The notes under the pieces: generated by a model
Database searches by the model: none
Seen by the model: only the letters and a program-made list of their open reading frames with translations
Told to the model about the DNA's origin: nothing
In this document: positions 21,419 to 30,798 of the stretch, in pieces
How positions within the stretch are numbered: position 1 is the first letter of the stretch
Layout of the letters: each line of letters opens with the position of its first letter
Position numbers and translations under genes: made by a program
Assembly (NCBI GenBank): GCA_963724765.1
Contig: CAVRVY010000001.1
Span: 1,280,001 to 1,344,000 of the forward strand
Length of the DNA: 64,000 nt
Direction: 5' to 3'
Source: an uncultured delta proteobacterium
Lineage (GTDB): Bacteria > Desulfobacterota > Binatia > Binatales > Binataceae

Positions 21419-22942
21419 ATGCCTATGAGCCAGACCTGGACTATCGCTGAGACGCATCCCGTGCCGCCCTGCACGGTCGTAATCTTTGGCGCTTCGGGCG
21501 ACCTCGCCGCGCGCAAGCTCCTGCCCGCACTTTACAACCTCGAGCATTGCGGCCAGGACGCGATACCGCCCAAGAGCGCAATCCTGGGTTTCGCGCGCCG
21601 CGAGATGTCGGTCGAGGCGTTTCGCACCAAGGCGCGCGAGGCGGCCGAACGCTACTCGCGCCTGAAAATCGACGAGAAATGCTGGCGCCGCTTCGCCCAG
21701 AACCTCGACTATCTCTCGGGGTTGGACCGCCCCGACGGCTTCGCGCGCCTCAAGAATCGCCTGGAGGAAACCGAAAAGGCGCGCGGCCTGCCGCCCAACC
21801 GCGTCTATTACCTGTCAGTCCCGCCCGAGGCGATTACCGAGACGGTCGAGAAGCTCTACGGCGCGGGACTGATCGCGCCGCCGGACGCTGCCCATTTCAC
21901 CCGAATCGTGGTCGAGAAGCCGATCGGCCACGACCTGCATAGCGCGCTGCACATCATCAGCGCGATTCGCAAGCATTTCGATGAGAGCCAGATCTTTCGC
22001 ATCGACCACTACCTCGGCAAGGAGACGGTGCAGAACCTGATGGTGCTGCGGTTCGCCAACAGCATCTTCGAGGATTTCTGGAACAATCGCCGGGTCGACC
22101 ACGTCCAGATTACTGTCTCCGAGCAGGAAGGGCTGGGCACGCGCGCGATGTACTACGACGGCGCCGGCGCCCTGCGCGACATGGTGCAGAACCACATGCT
22201 GCAAGTGCTCGCGCTGACCGGGATGGAACCGCCGGTATCGCTCGCCGCCGACGCGGTGCGTGACGCCAAGGTCAACGTGATCCGTTCACTGCGGCCTTTC
22301 GATGCCGGGGAGGTACGCAAGCTCGTGGTGCGTGGCCAATACGCGGCGGGCGAGCTCGACGGCAAGCGCGTCCCTGGCTATCTTCAGGAAGAGGGCATCC
22401 GCGAGACCTCGCGCACCGAAACCTTTGTCGCGCTAAAGGCGGTGGTCGACAACTGGCGATGGGCAGGGGTGCCATTCTACCTGCGCACGGGCAAGCGTTT
22501 GCCGCGGCGCGCGAGCACCATCTTCGTGCAGTTCAAGCGAGTACCTGAAATTCTGTTCAATCGCCGCGTCTCGTTGCCACCCGACGTGCTGGCGATTCGG
22601 ATCCAGCCCGACGAGGGTTTCTCGCTCAAAGTCTTGGCCAAGCGGCCGGGTCTGGATCTTTCGATTCAGCCGGTGCGGATGGATCTCCATTACGCGGCGG
22701 AGTTCGACGGTGCCTCGCCCGACGCCTATGAGCGGCTGCTACTCGACGTGATGGCGGGTGACCACACGCTGTTTCTCGGCTCCCGTTTCGTCCAGCGCTC
22801 CTGGGAATTCGTGCAGGGAATTCTCGATCAATGGCAGAGCGACCCGGGGACTCCGCTGGAGCCCTACGCGGCCGGAACCTGGGGGCCCGGGGCCGCCGAC
22901 GATTTGATCCGCGCCGACGGCCGCGAGTGGTTTGAGCCGTAA
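21419..22942 (+). CDS. zwf: Glucose-6-phosphate 1-dehydrogenase
   Basis: GASGDLA.RK, EKPIG, RIDHYLGKE, DMVQNH, RW.GVPF.LRTGK. Confidence 0.96.
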   Translation: MPMSQTWTIAETHPVPPCTVVIFGASGDLAARKLLPALYNLEHCGQDAIPPKSAILGFARREMSVEAFRTKAREAAERYSRLKIDEKCWRRFAQNLDYLSGLDRPDGFARLKNRLEETEKARGLPPNRVYYLSVPPEAITETVEKLYGAGLIAPPDAAHFTRIVVEKPIGHDLHSALHIISAIRKHFDESQIFRIDHYLGKETVQNLMVLRFANSIFEDFWNNRRVDHVQITVSEQEGLGTRAMYYDGAGALRDMVQNHMLQVLALTGMEPPVSLAADAVRDAKVNVIRSLRPFDAGEVRKLVVRGQYAAGELDGKRVPGYLQEEGIRETSRTETFVALKAVVDNWRWAGVPFYLRTGKRLPRRASTIFVQFKRVPEILFNRRVSLPPDVLAIRIQPDEGFSLKVLAKRPGLDLSIQPVRMDLHYAAEFDGASPDAYERLLLDVMAGDHTLFLGSRFVQRSWEFVQGILDQWQSDPGTPLEPYAAGTWGPGAADDLIRADGREWFEP

Positions 22943-22986
22943 TGCGTGCTTGATGTAGGTATGTAATTCGGTAGTACTGTAAGGAG

Positions 22987-23024
22987 TCAAGTGCCTGCAG
23001 GATTGCTCGGGGCAGGCAGCTTGA
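22987..23024. terminator. Hairpin between convergent genes, possible terminator
   Basis: TCAAG-TGCCTGC ... GCAGGCA-G-CTTGA inverted repeat. Confidence 0.4.
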
Positions 23025-23228
23025 AGATTTAAGACTGGCCGTCCGACCTATTTTGCGTGAGATTCCAAGGACTTAACGAGACAGCCCGGCTCACGAGGCG
23101 AGTTCGCGAGGAGGCGTCAGCGGGCAGGTGTCGGCCAACTCGCAAGCGCATATCCACAGACCATCGACAGACTTATCAACAGGCAGGATCGCCTGCGGCG
23201 AGCCCCGAAATATCTGCGGACGCCCGCT

Positions 23229-23423
23229 CTAGGCGTGCCGATGCATCGGGCACTGTGCCCCGTGACTGCCGCCCGAACAGCACGACTGCGAAGGGCAGCA
23301 CGACTGCTTGCTCTGGCAGCAGGCCGGCGGGTCGAAGTTGCGGCTGGCCAGCACATATCCGCCCGTACCCAGAGCTCCGATTAACATCATTGCGGCAAAT
23401 GCCTTAACCGATATCCGTTTCAT
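23229..23423 (-). CDS. Small exported Cys-rich peptide
   Basis: Signal-like MKRISVKAFAAMMLIGALG, then CC-x5-CC-x4-CC and CPMH. Confidence 0.65.
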   Translation of the reverse strand: MKRISVKAFAAMMLIGALGTGGYVLASRNFDPPACCQSKQSCCPSQSCCSGGSHGAQCPMHRHA

Positions 23424-23703
23424 TGCCCGCTCCATTACGTAGCGTCCGAGTTTCGCTTTCCCCTGACAGCGGCATTATAAGCATCGCGCGAAGCTTACGG
23501 CAAAGCCGCCGCTCTGCGCACAAATTCTGTCCTGGTGGCGCAAAAGGCAGGGGGTGCGCTAGCTTAAGATAAAGAGGCGGGAAATTTTGCGCGCGCACTT
23601 TATTTCGACAGCATGGCCCGTTTGCAAGCCGCGCGACGGAGCTTGGCAAGAGGGTCAGATGCGTAGCGCTATTCGACAGGGAAATTAAGGGAGATTTACA
23701 ACG

Positions 23704-24942
23704 ATGGCTAAGCCAGAGAGCGTCTATATCCTTGGTGGCGGACAGAGCGACTTCGCCCGCAACTGGAACAAGGAGGGCAAGCATTTTTCCGCCGTGATGC
23801 GCGAGACGGTGAATGGCGCGATGGAACAGGCCCGAATCGAGCCGCGCGAAATCCAGACCGCTCACGTCGGCAACTTTGCCGCCGAGCTTTACAGCAAGCA
23901 GGGCCAGCTCAACGCGTTTTTCCTTGAGGTCGACCCGCAATTCTTCGGCATCCCGACTTCGCGCCACGAGGCCGCCTGCGCCTCCGGGTCGATCGCTATT
24001 CTTGCCGCCTCGGCCGACATCGAAGCCGGTCGCTACGACCTCGCTGCGGTGGTCGGCCTGGAGCAGATGAAGACCGTCGATTCTGCGACCGGCGGCGACT
24101 TTCTCGGTACCGCGGGATGGTACGAGCGCGAGTGCAAGGGCGTTGCTTATCCGTTCCCGGCATTGTTCGGACGCCTGGGCGACGAATACGACAAACGCTA
24201 CGGGCTCAAGGACGAATACCTGGCGCACATCTCGTCGGTCAATTTCTCCAATGCCCGGCGCAACCCGCTCGCGCAGACCCGCGCGTGGCCCCGCAGCGAG
24301 AGCGACCCGGCGCAGGCGAGCAAGTTCAACCAGCCCATCGCAGGCCGGATCAAAGTGCGCGACTGCTCGCAGGTGACCGACGGCACCGCGGTGCTGTTCC
24401 TGGCCTCCGAGAAATTCGCCGCCGAGTATGCGAAGCGGCGCAACCTCAAACTCGAAAATCTCCCACGCATTCTCGGCTGGGGCCATCACACGGCGCCGAT
24501 CGAATTCGACAAGAAGATCGCCGAAAGCCGCGAGGACACCTACGTGCTGCCGCATACGCGCGAGGCGATCCTAGACGCGTTCCGCCGCGCCGGCCTCTCC
24601 GGCGTCACGCAGGTCTCGGGTATCGAGACCCACGATTGCTTTACCACTTCCGAGTACATGGCGATCGACCACTTCGGCATCACCAAGCCGGGTGAGTCAT
24701 GGAAGGCGATCGAGGAAGGGGCGATCGAGATGGGCGGCAGAATGCCGATCAACCCCAGCGGCGGGCTGATCGGCGTCGGACATCCGGTCGGCGGCACCGG
24801 CGTGCGCCAGATGCTCGATTGCTATCGCCAGGTGACCGGGACCGCCGGTGAGTACCAGGTCGAGGGCGCCGAGCGCTTCGCGATGCTCAATATCGGCGGC
24901 AGCGGCACGACCAGTTGCTCGTTCGTGGTGGGCAAGCACTAG
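23704..24942 (+). CDS. Acetyl-CoA acetyltransferase (SCP2-type thiolase)
   Basis: EAACASGS, CSQVTDG, ETHDCFT, NPSGGL..GHPVG. Confidence 0.9.
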   Translation: MAKPESVYILGGGQSDFARNWNKEGKHFSAVMRETVNGAMEQARIEPREIQTAHVGNFAAELYSKQGQLNAFFLEVDPQFFGIPTSRHEAACASGSIAILAASADIEAGRYDLAAVVGLEQMKTVDSATGGDFLGTAGWYERECKGVAYPFPALFGRLGDEYDKRYGLKDEYLAHISSVNFSNARRNPLAQTRAWPRSESDPAQASKFNQPIAGRIKVRDCSQVTDGTAVLFLASEKFAAEYAKRRNLKLENLPRILGWGHHTAPIEFDKKIAESREDTYVLPHTREAILDAFRRAGLSGVTQVSGIETHDCFTTSEYMAIDHFGITKPGESWKAIEEGAIEMGGRMPINPSGGLIGVGHPVGGTGVRQMLDCYRQVTGTAGEYQVEGAERFAMLNIGGSGTTSCSFVVGKH

Positions 24943-24967
24943 AAGCGCGTCTGCGGGCTGATTGAAA

Positions 24968-26569
24968 ATGCCGGAGGCATTGCCGAGCTTTTTGCTTATC
25001 GACCAGCGTCGGTGTGCTTACTCGTTTCCTGACGGGCGGCCCGCGCTGCTCTGCTTCGTCAAGGAGGATTGCCAGACCTGCGGGATGACGATGCCGCTGG
25101 TCGAAGCGGCGTCGCTGGCATTTCGCGGTGAAGTCGATGTTGTCGCTATCGGCCAGGACGCCGCGGGTAACGCACTCCTCATCGAGCGGCACAAGTTCAC
25201 GGCGCCGATGCTCGACGACTCGGATCTGAAAGTTTCGTACGCTTACAACGTCGAGATCGTTCCGACGATCATTCTCGCGGACGCGCGCGGCGCTGAGTTG
25301 CGCCGTTTCGAGGGCTTCGACAAGTCCGACTGGCAAAGCGCGCTTTCCCAGGCGGCGCATCTGGCCGGCGGACCCCAACCGCAAATCGATTGGAATGCAT
25401 ACCCGCAATCGCGTCCCGGATGCGGCTCGAAATCGGTCGAACCCGGCGTAGCCGAACGATTGGCCGCCGAGGCTTCTGGCTCGCGCCTGCGCGCACGTCA
25501 GATCGAGCTTGGCGCCGACGAGGACCCGTTCGAATTCATGTTCGAGCGTGGACTGACCGACGGCCTGCCGGTCGTTCCGCCCACGCCCGAGCGCGTGATG
25601 CGGATGCTCGCCGGGACACGGCGCGATCCGCAGGAAGTGATCGCAACCGTGCCGCCGAACCTGGCGCCGCTCACGATCGAGAAGGTCGCCGCCAATGCCG
25701 TGATGGCGGGATGCAGGCCCGAGTACTTGCCGGTGGTGCTCGCGGTGCTCGAAGCGGTCTGTACCGACGAGTTCAATATCCACGGTGTGATGGCGACCAC
25801 GGCCGGCGCCACGCCGACCATCGTGGTCAACGGCCCCATCCGCCATCGCCTCGGGATGAACATGAAGATCGGCGCGCTGGGCTCCGGCAATCGCGCCAAC
25901 GCGACTATCGGACGCGCGGTCAAGCTCGCGCTGCGCAACGTCGGCGGCGCGCGGCCGGGCGAGATAGAACGCACCGCGCTCGGCGGCCCGGGCAAGTACA
26001 CAGCCTGCTATCCCGAATGGGAGGAGCGCAGCCCGTGGCAGCCGCTCCACGTCGAGCGCGGCTTTCGCCGCGAAGACAACGTGGTGACAGTCTTCGGCTT
26101 GGAACCGGGACCTCGCCTGATCGTCGACCAGCTCTCGCGCACCGCACACGCGCTCGCTGGCAGCCTCGGGATGGCGCTCGAGAGCTGCTGGCATCCCAAG
26201 CTCCACGGCTACGGCGAAGTCCTGCTGGTCATCTCGCCCGAGCACGCTGACACTATCGCGCGCGACGGCTGGACCAAAGCGCAGGTGCGCAATCGAATCC
26301 AGGAGGCGAGCGCGCGGCCGATACGCGACCTGGTGCCCGACGCCAACGCCGGCGAGGGGATGGCGCTTAAGCACTTCGGTCTCGCCAATCCGTCGGCGGA
26401 GCAACTCGAACAGCGCGTCCCGAAGTTCCGCAAGCCCGAGAATATCAATATCATCGTGGCTGGCGGTGAGGCCGGCAAGTTTTCGAGCGTTTTCGGCGGA
26501 TGGTTCAGCGGGCCGATGGGCTCGATAAGCGTGAGCCGGAAAATCGAGGAGGCGCCAAAATCCGAATGA
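24968..26569 (+). CDS. Thioredoxin/TlpA-fold (CxxC) domain fused to a UGSC-associated domain of unknown function
   Basis: FVKEDCQTC and VPT (Trx fold), RPGCGS linker, then TDGLPVVPPT, NAVMAGC.P, NRANATIGRA. Confidence 0.75.
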   Translation: MPEALPSFLLIDQRRCAYSFPDGRPALLCFVKEDCQTCGMTMPLVEAASLAFRGEVDVVAIGQDAAGNALLIERHKFTAPMLDDSDLKVSYAYNVEIVPTIILADARGAELRRFEGFDKSDWQSALSQAAHLAGGPQPQIDWNAYPQSRPGCGSKSVEPGVAERLAAEASGSRLRARQIELGADEDPFEFMFERGLTDGLPVVPPTPERVMRMLAGTRRDPQEVIATVPPNLAPLTIEKVAANAVMAGCRPEYLPVVLAVLEAVCTDEFNIHGVMATTAGATPTIVVNGPIRHRLGMNMKIGALGSGNRANATIGRAVKLALRNVGGARPGEIERTALGGPGKYTACYPEWEERSPWQPLHVERGFRREDNVVTVFGLEPGPRLIVDQLSRTAHALAGSLGMALESCWHPKLHGYGEVLLVISPEHADTIARDGWTKAQVRNRIQEASARPIRDLVPDANAGEGMALKHFGLANPSAEQLEQRVPKFRKPENINIIVAGGEAGKFSSVFGGWFSGPMGSISVSRKIEEAPKSE

Positions 26570-27093
26570 CCCAAACGACCCGAATTGTCGACCCGACCGA
26601 CGAACGCGTGCCGTTTAGTCGCGCGCTAGCGTCGCGCCCGCAACATCTGAGCGGCGTGGTGGCGCTGCTCGACATCGCGAAGCCGCGCGGCGACGTCCTG
26701 CTCGACCGTATCGAGCAGCGGCTCGCCGAACGCGTGCCCGGCCTCACACTCAAGCGCTACCGCAAACCGACCTTCGCCAAGCCAGCGCCCGATGAGCTGC
26801 GCCGCAGGATCGCGGCGGAGAGCGACTTCGTTATCGAAGCGCTCGCCGATTGAGGATCGTGTACAACGTGCAGTGTGCACGACTCGGTATGGTTTGAAGT
26901 GAACGGCAAGCCCTCGGTGGTGGTGGCCTCCTCGACCTTCGTCGACGCGGCCCAGGCGCAGGCGCTCGCGCTCGGATTACCGCAAGTCCGCCGCATCTTC
27001 GTTCCGCATCCGATCCAGGACGCGACCGACGACGAGATGCGCGCGAAGGCCGACGCGATCGTCGAGCGCCTGATCGAGGCGCTGACGAATTAG
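26566..27093 (+). CDS. UGSC-family selenoprotein (Sec at TGA 26851-26853, codon 96)
   Basis: ORFs 26500-26853 and 26875-27093 share one frame; reads EALAD-U-GSCTTCSVHD; ATGA overlap with the upstream gene. Confidence 0.88.
26852..26886 (+). promoter_or_regulatory. Candidate bacterial SECIS hairpin
   Basis: TCGTGTAC pairs with GTGCACGA (one G-U) directly 3' of the UGA; apical loop GTGCA. Confidence 0.6.
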
Positions 27094-27171
27094 CGCGCGG
27101 CGACGCCCGCGTCCGTGTGGCGGCGCGGCGGCTTGCGTGCGAAGGCCCGCTCGCATTTGGTAAAACCAACG

Positions 27172-28338
27172 ATGCCTACGAGCAAGCCGCGGTTATTCGA
27201 CACGGCCGATCCCGATTCGATGCTGCCGTCGGCGCTGGAGGCTGAGTGGTCGCCCGAAGGCGCGCCGCTCCCGCCTGCGCCCAATCTGCGCCCGCTGCCT
27301 TCCCCCAGTCCGCATCGCATCATCGTCAAGACGGTCAACTGGCTCGGCGACCTGGTGATGAGCGGTCCCGCGCTGCACGCGATCCACGACACGTTCCCCG
27401 GTGCGCATCTGGCCGTGCTCGTGCGCCGCGAGTTGGCGAGCTTCTTCGACGGCGCGATGTGGGTGAACGAGGTGATTCCCTATCGGCTGCGCGGCGGCGT
27501 GGCCGGCCTGCGCGACCAGCTTTCGATCGTCAGGCGGATTAGCGCGGGCCACTTCGATCTCGCGATCGTCCTGCCCAACAGCTTCCAATCGGCGCTTTGG
27601 ATGGTGCTGGCCGGAGTGCAGCGGCGCGCCGGTTACGAGGCCGACCGCCGCGGCTTCATGCTCACGCACAAGGTTGCGCCGCGCGCCGACGTCGAACGCG
27701 CGCACCAGGTGTATCACTGGCTCACGATGGTCGCGGAGACGGTTGGCGCCAAGGGCACCGCCGCGGCCTATCACCTCGACGTGAACGTGCAGAGCCGCGA
27801 CAAGATGCGCGCGTGGCTCGCCAATCGCCGGCTGCGGCCTGAGCGCCCGTTGATCGCGCTCGCGCCGATCGCGGCTTATGGCCCGGCCAAGGAATGGCCG
27901 CTGGAGCGCTACGCGGCGCTGGCCGACATCCTTGCCGAACGCCATGGCGCGGAGTGCGTGCTGGTGGGCGGGATCGATGATCGTTCGCAATGCGAGCGGA
28001 TAGCCGCGCAGTGCAAAAGCGGCGCGCTCATCGCCGCCGCCGAGACCACGGTGGGCGAACTGATCGCGCTGCTCTCGTTATGCCACGGCTTTGCCGGCAA
28101 CGACTCGGGATGCATGCACTTGGCGGGCGCGCTCGGGATGCCGACCGTGGCGGTCTTCGGCTCGACCAATCCGATGCGCACGGGCCCGATGGGGCCGCAC
28201 TGCACGGTCATCTATCGCGGCCTGGAATGCAGTCCCTGCCTTCAGCGGACCTGCCGCTTCGGACACTACAACTGCCTGCGCGACATCGCGGCCGAGGAGG
28301 TCGCCGGCGCGCTCGAGGCGTACGACATTTTCGCCTAG
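27172..28338 (+). CDS. waaF: Lipopolysaccharide heptosyltransferase II (GT9)
   Basis: NWLGDLVM, LPNSF.SA, YGPAKEWP, NDSG.MH.A.A, C.PC..R.C. Confidence 0.9.
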   Translation: MPTSKPRLFDTADPDSMLPSALEAEWSPEGAPLPPAPNLRPLPSPSPHRIIVKTVNWLGDLVMSGPALHAIHDTFPGAHLAVLVRRELASFFDGAMWVNEVIPYRLRGGVAGLRDQLSIVRRISAGHFDLAIVLPNSFQSALWMVLAGVQRRAGYEADRRGFMLTHKVAPRADVERAHQVYHWLTMVAETVGAKGTAAAYHLDVNVQSRDKMRAWLANRRLRPERPLIALAPIAAYGPAKEWPLERYAALADILAERHGAECVLVGGIDDRSQCERIAAQCKSGALIAAAETTVGELIALLSLCHGFAGNDSGCMHLAGALGMPTVAVFGSTNPMRTGPMGPHCTVIYRGLECSPCLQRTCRFGHYNCLRDIAAEEVAGALEAYDIFA

Positions 28339-28461
28339 CCGTGCCGTCCCTCTACGCGAGGATGGCCGGCTCGCGCGATGCGGCGCTGGCGGGAAAAACC
28401 CGCTACGCTTTGAATCGCCCGCTCAAGTTGCTCGGTGAGGAGCGGCGATGGGAGCTGAGCC

Positions 28462-29490
28462 ATGAAACTCAAGGAACTCGCATTGCGGCTGGGTTTGACG
28501 CTGCGCGGCAGCGGGGAAGTCGACATCATCACACCGGCGCCGCTTGAAGCCGCCGCGCCGGGCACGATCATTTTCGTCGCCGCACCCAAGTATCTTGAAG
28601 CGTTGCGCACCACCACCGCCGCCTGCGCGATCGTGCCTGCGGAGTTTGCCTCCGACGCTCCGTGTGCGGTGCTGATAAGCGACAATCCTTATTCCGATTT
28701 CGCCCGCGTGCTGGAGATTTTCTTTCCGCCCTACCGGCCGCCCGCCGGAATCGATCCGACCGCGCGCATCGCACCCGGTGCGACGCTGGGCGAGGGCGCT
28801 TCGGTGGGCGCCTACTGCGTGATTGGCGCTGACGTGACGATCGGCCGCGACGCGGTGCTCCATCCCCACGTCACGATCTATCCCGGCGTGCGCGCGGGCG
28901 AAGGCCTGGTCTGCCACAGCGGCGTCTCGATTCGCGAGAACGTCACGATTGGCGACCGTGTGACGATTCTCAATGGCGCGGTGATCGGCGCCGAGGGTTT
29001 CGGCTTCGTCGAGCACGCGGGCGCGCTGGTCAGGATTCCGCAGGTCGGCTCGGTGGCGATCGAGGACGAAGTGGAAATCGGCGCGATGGCCACTATCGAC
29101 CGCGCCACGATGGGCGCGACGCTGATCCGCCGCGGCGCCAAGCTCGATAACCACGTACACATCGGCCACAACTGCGAGGTCGGCGAGTACTCGCGCTTCT
29201 CCGCGCAGGTCGGGCTTTCGGGTTCGGTCAAGGTCGGACGCTGGTGTCAGTTCGGAGGACAGGTCGGAGTGGCTGACCATGCGCGAATCGGCGACCGCGT
29301 ACGTGTGGTCGCACAGTCGGGAATCCCGCACGATCTCGCCGACGACGCCACGGTGGGCGGTACGCCGGCGGTCGACGTGCGCGTCTGGCGGCGGATGGCC
29401 GCGATCGTGCCGCGGCTGCCGGCGGCGATGCGCCGTCTGCGTGCGATCGAGGAGCGCCTGGGGTTGCGCACCAACGGCGAGGAGCGATGA
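28462..29490 (+). CDS. lpxD: UDP-3-O-(3-hydroxyacyl)glucosamine N-acyltransferase
   Basis: Hexapeptide repeats, GAEGFGF, IPQVG, IDRA, KLDN.VHIGHN. Confidence 0.95.
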   Translation: MKLKELALRLGLTLRGSGEVDIITPAPLEAAAPGTIIFVAAPKYLEALRTTTAACAIVPAEFASDAPCAVLISDNPYSDFARVLEIFFPPYRPPAGIDPTARIAPGATLGEGASVGAYCVIGADVTIGRDAVLHPHVTIYPGVRAGEGLVCHSGVSIRENVTIGDRVTILNGAVIGAEGFGFVEHAGALVRIPQVGSVAIEDEVEIGAMATIDRATMGATLIRRGAKLDNHVHIGHNCEVGEYSRFSAQVGLSGSVKVGRWCQFGGQVGVADHARIGDRVRVVAQSGIPHDLADDATVGGTPAVDVRVWRRMAAIVPRLPAAMRRLRAIEERLGLRTNGEER

Positions 29491-29579
29491 GCGGCGGGAG
29501 GGCCTGATTTTGATATCGCATGTCTTGAGTCTAAATGGCTTCGACGTGCGAACCTTGCTTGGCGAGGAGGGGAGCCGGA

Positions 29580-29861
29580 ATGAAATACCGGGAACGCACG
29601 AATGGCAAAAATGGATGGACGTCGATCGCGATCGCGGGTGCCGCGATAATAGCGGCAGCCTTCTGCGGGAGTTGTTTGTACACGGCCTCTCCGGCGATGG
29701 GCGGGTCCAGCACCACCTCTCCGCAGTCCGCCAATAGCCAGCCGGCGGCTCAGCCATCGCCGACATCGCAGCCATCAAACGACCAGACCAATCAGAACAA
29801 GCAGCAAAATGGCATGCCGCCAAACGGCGCGCAGCCCCAAGGTCAGGGCGGAACTCTATAG
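29580..29861 (+). CDS. Small exported Ser/Pro/Gln-rich hypothetical protein
   Basis: GAGG-rich RBS, hydrophobic N-terminus, low-complexity tail. Confidence 0.5.
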   Translation: MKYRERTNGKNGWTSIAIAGAAIIAAAFCGSCLYTASPAMGGSSTTSPQSANSQPAAQPSPTSQPSNDQTNQNKQQNGMPPNGAQPQGQGGTL

Positions 29862-29910
29862 CGGACGCGGCTGCCGGCCGACGGCGCCGCCGAGTAAAGG
29901 GCCTGCGGCG

Positions 29911-30555
29911 TCAGTTGCAAGCGCAGACGTTGCAGACGGTCTGCCCGGTCAGCGATGGCGAGTTTTTCAGCATGCTGCCTGGTGAATTCGACGGGCTCGT
30001 GGTGGTCGGCAGTCCCGCGCTCGAAGATGAGCTGGAGGTTGTGGACGTTGTGCTGGACGCTTCGGTGGTAGTGCCGGTCGGGGTGGTGGTGAGCGTACTG
30101 AGCCCGGGAGATTGTCCGGGCGGGATGAACGGTGACTGCGGCGTGCTCGTAAGGTAATTGAAGCAGGCGCCGGAGGCGGCCAAGGTTGCCGCGGAATAAC
30201 TTGGCGCGGTCACGGTTCCTGACCATTGCGTGGCCGAAGCGGTAGTGAAGCAACTGCAATTGAACAGTCGCGGGGCGGGCGTTGGCATCGCGGTTGGAAT
30301 CGCCACAGGCGTCAAGAGCGGCGTTGCCACGACGCCGGGTACGCTCACGAGCTGCGACGGCGCGCCGGGCAAGATCGGCACCGAGGGCTCGGTCAGCGGC
30401 GGCGGGCCGGGCGGAGGGGCGGGCGCCTGCGCGCGGGCCACGCCGGCGAGTGCGGCGAGCGCGAGCATCATCGCGATCGCGAAGCGAGCGCCTGGACAAA
30501 CGCATTCGCAAAAACGGCGCCAAAAATTTGAAACGGATATCGGGAAAATTCTCAT
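29911..30555 (-). CDS. Exported Pro/Thr/Ser-rich protein with CxC...C...CxxCxC
   Basis: Signal peptide ending ARA|Q; six Cys in the mature part; start uncertain. Confidence 0.65.
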   Translation of the reverse strand: MRIFPISVSNFWRRFCECVCPGARFAIAMMLALAALAGVARAQAPAPPPGPPPLTEPSVPILPGAPSQLVSVPGVVATPLLTPVAIPTAMPTPAPRLFNCSCFTTASATQWSGTVTAPSYSAATLAASGACFNYLTSTPQSPFIPPGQSPGLSTLTTTPTGTTTEASSTTSTTSSSSSSAGLPTTTSPSNSPGSMLKNSPSLTGQTVCNVCACN

Positions 30556-30798
30556 CGCGAAAAAACTCTCATCGGATCGTGCGATCATACCGTCTTTTTC
30601 CCGCGCGGGCGCGCCGAGTAAAGCTATAGAGCGCGCCGCTATGATCCGGAAGCCGGGCGCGCGTTGCAAGGGACACGCGTTTGGGCAAAAGTGCCTGTGT
30701 ACATTTCGCTCGATGTACGTGATTTACGAAACGGACCAGCCGCGGTTTCGTCTCTGTGGTGAGGTTTTTCAGGCTGTTTAAGGAGGTCCCGGACCCAA

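Noticed and set aside
24887-26404. Long antisense ORFs (also 1242-2591, 28423-29823, 43741-45393, 47936-49351)
   Set aside because: Shadow ORFs typical of high-GC coding DNA; no motifs, and they lie opposite well-supported genes
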